Assembly (NCBI RefSeq): GCF_006345805.1
Contig: NW_021826190.1
Location: 1-12,776, forward strand
DNA: 12,776 nt
Source: Octopus sinensis
Taxonomy: Eukaryota
Direction of reading: 5' to 3'
Positions 8,707-12,776 of this stretch are shown piece after piece; within the stretch, counting starts at the first letter, position 1; the number at the start of each line of letters is the position of its first letter. Under the pieces are notes generated by a model. The model was not told the origin of the DNA, did not search any database, and saw only the letters and a list, made by a program, of their open reading frames with translations. The position numbers were made by a program, and so were the translations under genes.

Positions 8707-9034
8707 AGTACAAAGCGTTTAGAGGGGAGTAAAAACCTACAGAATTGGTCCCTAGAGACAGCCAACGGAAGCATTTGACCCAGACTGCTTTCTTCCAACT
8801 GTTAGACATGGAGGAGGATCTGTGATGATCTGGGGGTGGGGCTATATCTTGAAAATCCGCCGGCCCAATGGTTTCCCTTCATGGCAGAACTAATAGTCAA
8901 GACTATTTAAGCATTTTATCTGGGGCACAAATTTAGAGGGCTTAGTCGAAAAGGCCCCGGTACTTTATTTTATATTAATCAAAGAATGACTTGTTATACT
9001 TTACTCAATTATTAAAGGAGCGTTCTGATGGCAT

Positions 9035-9104
9035 TGACCTCGAAAGGATGAAAGGCAGAGTCAATCTCAGTGGAATTTGAACTCAGAACGTAAGGGCAGA
9101 CGAA
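9035..9104 (-). mobile_element. Fragment of the SINE family seen at 4355-5468
   Basis: TTGACCTCGAAAGGATGAAAGGCAGAGTCAATCTCAGTGGAATTTGAACTCAGAACGTAAGGGCAGACGAA aligns to the 184-bp unit. Confidence 0.85.
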
Positions 9105-9291
9105 GGACCTGGAAATTGAAATACATCTTAAAACGAGAACTGTTGATGTTATTGTGGGTGCCCTAGTTATGATAAGAAATTGATGCCAGAAACATCTAGA
9201 TAATATCCCAGGAGAACCATGCGTCAAAAACGTCCAAAAGATCATACTGGCAAATACTGCGCACATCCTAAGAAAAACCCTATCAATTTAA
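9103..9291 (+). pseudogene. R4/Dong-like retrotransposon ORF C-terminal remnant
   Basis: Manual translation KDLEIEIHLKTRTVDVIVGALVMIRN*CQKHLDNIPGEPCVKNVQKIILANTAHILRKTLSI*; homologous to the 6270-6500 peptide, with an internal stop. Confidence 0.82.
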
Positions 9292-9362
9292 ATGTATGCG
9301 TTGTATTAGATAATATAATGTATTGTTGGAGGTATGTTCAGTGCGCGCGCGCGCGTGTGTGT

Positions 9363-9524
9363 AGGCCCAGGTGTGGCTGTGTGGTAAGAAGCTCCCTTCC
9401 CAACCACATGTTTCCGGGTTCAGTCCTACTGCGTGGTAACTTGGGCGAGTGTCTTCCACTATACCCTCGAGCCGACAAAAGCGTTGTGAATGGATTTGGT
9501 AGACGGAAATTGAAAGATGCCCGT

Positions 9525-9576
<52 letters not shown>

Positions 9577-9873
9577 TGTATGTATGTATATATATATATG
9601 TGTATGTATGTATGTATGTATGTATGCCTGTGTGTATGTATATCTATGAGTGTCAGTGTGCGTGCTTATGTTTGTGCCCCATCACCGCTTGGCAACCGGT
9701 GTTGGTGTGTCTACGTCCCCCGTAACATGGCAGTTCAGCAAAATGGATTGATAGAATAAGCACTAGGCTTTAAAAATAAATCCCGGTGTTGATTCATTCG
9801 GCTAAAACCCTCCAAGACGATGCCCCAGCATGGCCACAGTCAGATGATTCAAACAAGTAAAAGAGCAAAAGAA
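9363..9873 (+). mobile_element. tRNA-derived CORE-like SINE, full length, more diverged copy
   Basis: AGGCCCAGGTGTGGCTGTGTGGTAAG..GGGTTCAGTCC..TTGGGCGAGTGTCTT, internal (TA)/(TATG)n, tail AAACAAGTAAAAGAGCAAAAGA. Confidence 0.88.
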
Positions 9874-9878
9874 TATAT

Positions 9879-9970
9879 ATATATATACAAGGGTATTACA
9901 TGAGTACCTATATCACTAATGACCTATCATTCGCGATATAGGTACCCATGTAGTACCCTTGTGTATATAT
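9879..9970. repeat. Near-perfect inverted repeat (36-bp arms, 20-nt spacer)
   Basis: Arms 9879-9914 and 9935-9970 are reverse complements with 3 mismatches; the spacer holds a further AATGA/TCATT pairing. Confidence 0.9.
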
Positions 9971-10080
9971 GTACATATCTAATATTGTATGTACATATTT
10001 TATTAATTTGCCTGTACGGCTGATAATTCGCTTGCCACTTGTGATGGTATTTGAATAATACCATCCCTATATTTATTTAT

Positions 10081-10167
10081 CTATATATATATATATAAAG
10101 AAGAAAGAGAAGAAAGAGAGATGTATATATATGTATATATATATATATAAAGAGAGATGTATATATA

Positions 10168-10221
<54 letters not shown>
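10081..10221. repeat. (TA)n/(GA)-rich microsatellite
   Basis: Seen directly. Confidence 0.93.
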
Positions 10222-10226
<5 letters not shown>

Positions 10227-10424
10227 TAATCCAAACATGAAAACAACAAAGAGAAAACACAAACGCGAGGACGTGGAACAAATAAGTATTATTAGACGCT
10301 CAGGAAAGAAGGGAAGAAGGAGGGTTTAACGTTTCGAGCCGAGCTCTTCGTCGGAAACGTAGGAGAAGGAAAGATCCAGAGAAGGGAAGACAGAGGAAAA
10401 AAAATCGTCAACGGTACACACGCG
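10222..10424 (-). mobile_element. Penelope-like terminal repeat remnant with hammerhead motif
   Basis: Minus strand: pyrimidine-rich lead-in, hammerhead at 10358-10324, TTCCTGAGCGTCTAATAATAC (compare TTCCCAAGCATTAAACAAATAC at ~7143), and an end in (TA)n. Confidence 0.6.
10324..10358 (-). ncRNA. Minimal type I hammerhead motif (CCGACGA core variant)
   Basis: GUUU-CCGACGA-A-GAGC(UCG)GCUC-GAAA-CG-UU^AAAC: perfect 4-bp stems I and II and palindromic ACGU. Confidence 0.7.
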
Positions 10425-10463
10425 AAAGGCTATTTGCCAACCTACCGTTGGCAAATAGTCTTT
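10425..10463. repeat. 17-bp-stem hairpin
   Basis: AAAGGCTATTTGCCAAC-ctacc-GTTGGCAAATAGTCTTT, with one G-T pair. Confidence 0.85.
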
Positions 10464-10911
10464 ACTTTAAAGACACAACAATGTCGCTGCCAAAGAGTCT
10501 CTGACTGATCGTACACTTCCTTGCAGAAATGTCGCCTGGTATCTGTGACAGCACTCAATAGCTTCCCAGCAAAATCAATATTTGCAAGTGTCCTTATCTC
10601 CTTACGGATTGCATCATAAATGCGTGGATGTAATATCACTATAGCCACCGACTGGTATTGATTACACAGTAGAGATGTGTGTGGAGATAATTAGCGAGAG
10701 TGATATAGGGTTTTGCGGTGTTGATATCAACCAGTTGAGACTTGTTAGTCACGCGGACAAAACAAGGCAGACCGTCCGCCATTGTTGTGGCAGTAAAGAA
10801 AGGGGCCATTGACCGATGGCAGAAATGGATTTAATCCATCCAAAACTCGGTAAGACGATGGTACGCTGTGTTGGAATCAGCATGGATTCAACACAAAATG
10901 GATCCTTTGTC

Positions 10912-11512
10912 TTTCACCTGTTTCACTCATTAATCTGCGGCCATGCTGGGGCACCGCCTTGAAGGCTTCGGTGGAACAAATGGACACCGTTACTTGCTTT
11001 CTTTTTAAGTCTCGTATCTATTTATATCGTCTCCTTTTCTAAACCGCCAAGGTACGGAAACGTAAACAAACCGACAGCAGTTGTCATGTTGTAGTAGGGG
11101 ACAAACTCAATGCGCGTACGCACACACGGGGTGGTATTACGCGATGGCTAAAATGGGGCAAAGCGCATTGTGATGAGCGATGTAGAACAACCCCCGATAG
11201 TCTGGTCTGTTACATGATGTGTGTGTGTGTGTGTGCGTGTGCGTGCGTGCCTGTGTTTGTCCCCCATCACCGGTCGGCAACCGGTGCTGGTGTGTTTACG
11301 TCCCCGTAACTTATCGGTTCGGCAAAAGAAACTAATAGAATGAGTACTAGGCTTTAAAAATAAATCCTGGTGTTGGTATGTGTGTGTGTATGTGTGTGTG
11401 TGTGTGTGTGTTGTGCGTGTACGCGACGGGCTTCTTTCTGTTTCCGTCCCTCAAATCCGCTCACAAAGCATTGGTAAACCAGGTGCTATAATAGAAGACA
11501 CTTGCCCGACAT
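10912..11512. mobile_element. Cluster of diverged CORE-like SINE fragments in mixed orientation
   Basis: ~10912-11127 is a minus-strand 3' half; ~11218-11372 a plus-strand 3' part; ~11420-11512 a minus-strand core region (AGAAGACACTTGCCC). All are homologous to 143-665. Confidence 0.8.
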
Positions 11513-11595
11513 GCTAACGGCACTGCGCAGCCGTACTGAATCCGAATTCCGGCGGATGTGTAAGTGATAAACATCCGCACAGACGTACGGAGATA

Positions 11596-11980
11596 CTCTT
11601 TTACTCTTTTACTTGTTTCAGTCATTTGACTGCGGCCATGCTGGAGCACCGCCTTTGGTCGAGCAAATCGACCCCGGGACTTATTCTTTTTGTAAGCCCA
11701 GTACTTATTCTATCAGTCTCTTTTTGCCGAACCACTAAGTGACGGGGACGTAAACACACCAGCATCGGTTGTCAAGCAATGCTAGGGGAACAAACACACA
11801 CACATACATATATATACGACAGGCTTCTTTCAGTTTCCGTCTACCAAATCCACTCACAAGGCATTGGTCGACCCGGGGCTATAGCAGAAGACACTTGCCC
11901 AAGATGCCACGCAGTGGGACTGAACCCGGAACCATGTGGTTGGTTAGCAAGCTACTTACCACACAGCCACTCCTACGCCT
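11596..11980 (-). mobile_element. Full-length CORE-like tRNA SINE with 15-bp target site duplication
   Basis: AGACGTACGGAGATA at 11581-11595 and 11981-11995 flanks the element exactly; A/B boxes and (GTAAAAGA)n tail are present. Confidence 0.95.
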
Positions 11981-12413
11981 AGACGTACGGAGATATATAT
12001 TTCAAGTTAATAATAAATTATGAAACCCAGAGAACCGTGCAGTGATTGACGTTGGCTTTGCTGGAGATGTAAGTCAACCGCTTCATGACATGGTCGAATG
12101 AACAACTCAAATATTGCGTAACATAAAAATCCATATTCCTAGTAATGTCCTCGCGTTATATCGGCGACATAAAGCTTTTTAATAAAAACTCTGCACATGA
12201 TGACATTCTGGACATAGGAAAATATGTAGCTACTACGAAAAAGATGCGGCAGAGAGCAAGTTCCATCCACCAGAGCATTAAGCTTACTATCGGTTATAGG
12301 GGAAGCGCAATGGCCCAGTGGTTTGAAACCAGTAAAGCGGTCCTTTTGAGTCGGCATGGCTTGAGAAGGAAACCTTAATTTTTTTTTTATGTATGCATAC
12401 ATCGATACATGTG

Positions 12414-12498
12414 TACACACACACACACACACACACACACACGCGCGCGCGCATATATATATATAGACAGATTTGGAGAGAGAGAGAGAGAGAGAGAG
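12414..12498. repeat. (CA)n-(GC)n-(TA)n-(GA)n compound microsatellite
   Basis: Seen directly. Confidence 0.92.
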
Positions 12499-12554
12499 TC
12501 CGATAAAGATGAGCAGGTCTAAACTTCGAAGTCACTATCACCATTTTTATTGGA

Positions 12555-12762
12555 TTGAGGCATAACTATTGCGGCTTTGTTTTCGACAAATTTTATTCAA
12601 CAAAAACTTGTAACAAAAAACATCTTTAAACGATTATTCCGGAGCATATTCACCATCTACTTCAATTACTGCTTCCCATTTGCTTAGCAGACGTCAGATC
12701 GTCACTTAAAGATGTTTTTGTTAAATATTGTTATTGTTTTTGTTGAATAAAATTTGTAGAAA
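12555..12762. repeat. Unclassified repeat with local inverted duplication
   Basis: ~12555-12678 is the reverse-complement homolog of 3942-4075; 12706-12762 is a plus-orientation partial copy. Confidence 0.8.
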
Positions 12763-12776
12763 TAAAAAAGGAAAAG

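Noticed and set aside
12145-12378. 77-aa ORF as a gene
   Set aside because: No recognisable domain or supporting exon structure.

Overview
AT-rich, non-coding eukaryotic DNA made almost entirely of repeats. The repeat families look like octopus/cephalopod ones (from memory, not from a database search). No intact protein-coding gene is supported; nearly all listed ORFs are microsatellite or SINE artefacts. The main observation is a minus-strand composite element (~3697 to ~1045): a tRNA-derived Pol III-type head, an (AAT/AAC)n spacer, then 16 repeat units (15 in a ~134-bp tandem array plus one diverged copy). Each unit carries a minimal type I hammerhead ribozyme motif (GACAC-CUGAAGA-C-GGCU..AGCC-GAAA-CG/UG-UU^GUGUU), and there is no T4 terminator until just past the last unit. 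This resembles a SINE/retrozyme hybrid that could self-process into ~134-nt monomers or circles. Two more repeat families with different sequences carry the same hammerhead architecture (7096-7131 +, 10324-10358 -). Also present: several CORE-like tRNA SINEs (one with a perfect 15-bp TSD), a second SINE internally amplified as 184-bp units in ABAB order, three R4/Dong-like LINE 3' fragments, a non-autonomous Helitron, a ~90-nt near-perfect hairpin and many microsatellites.
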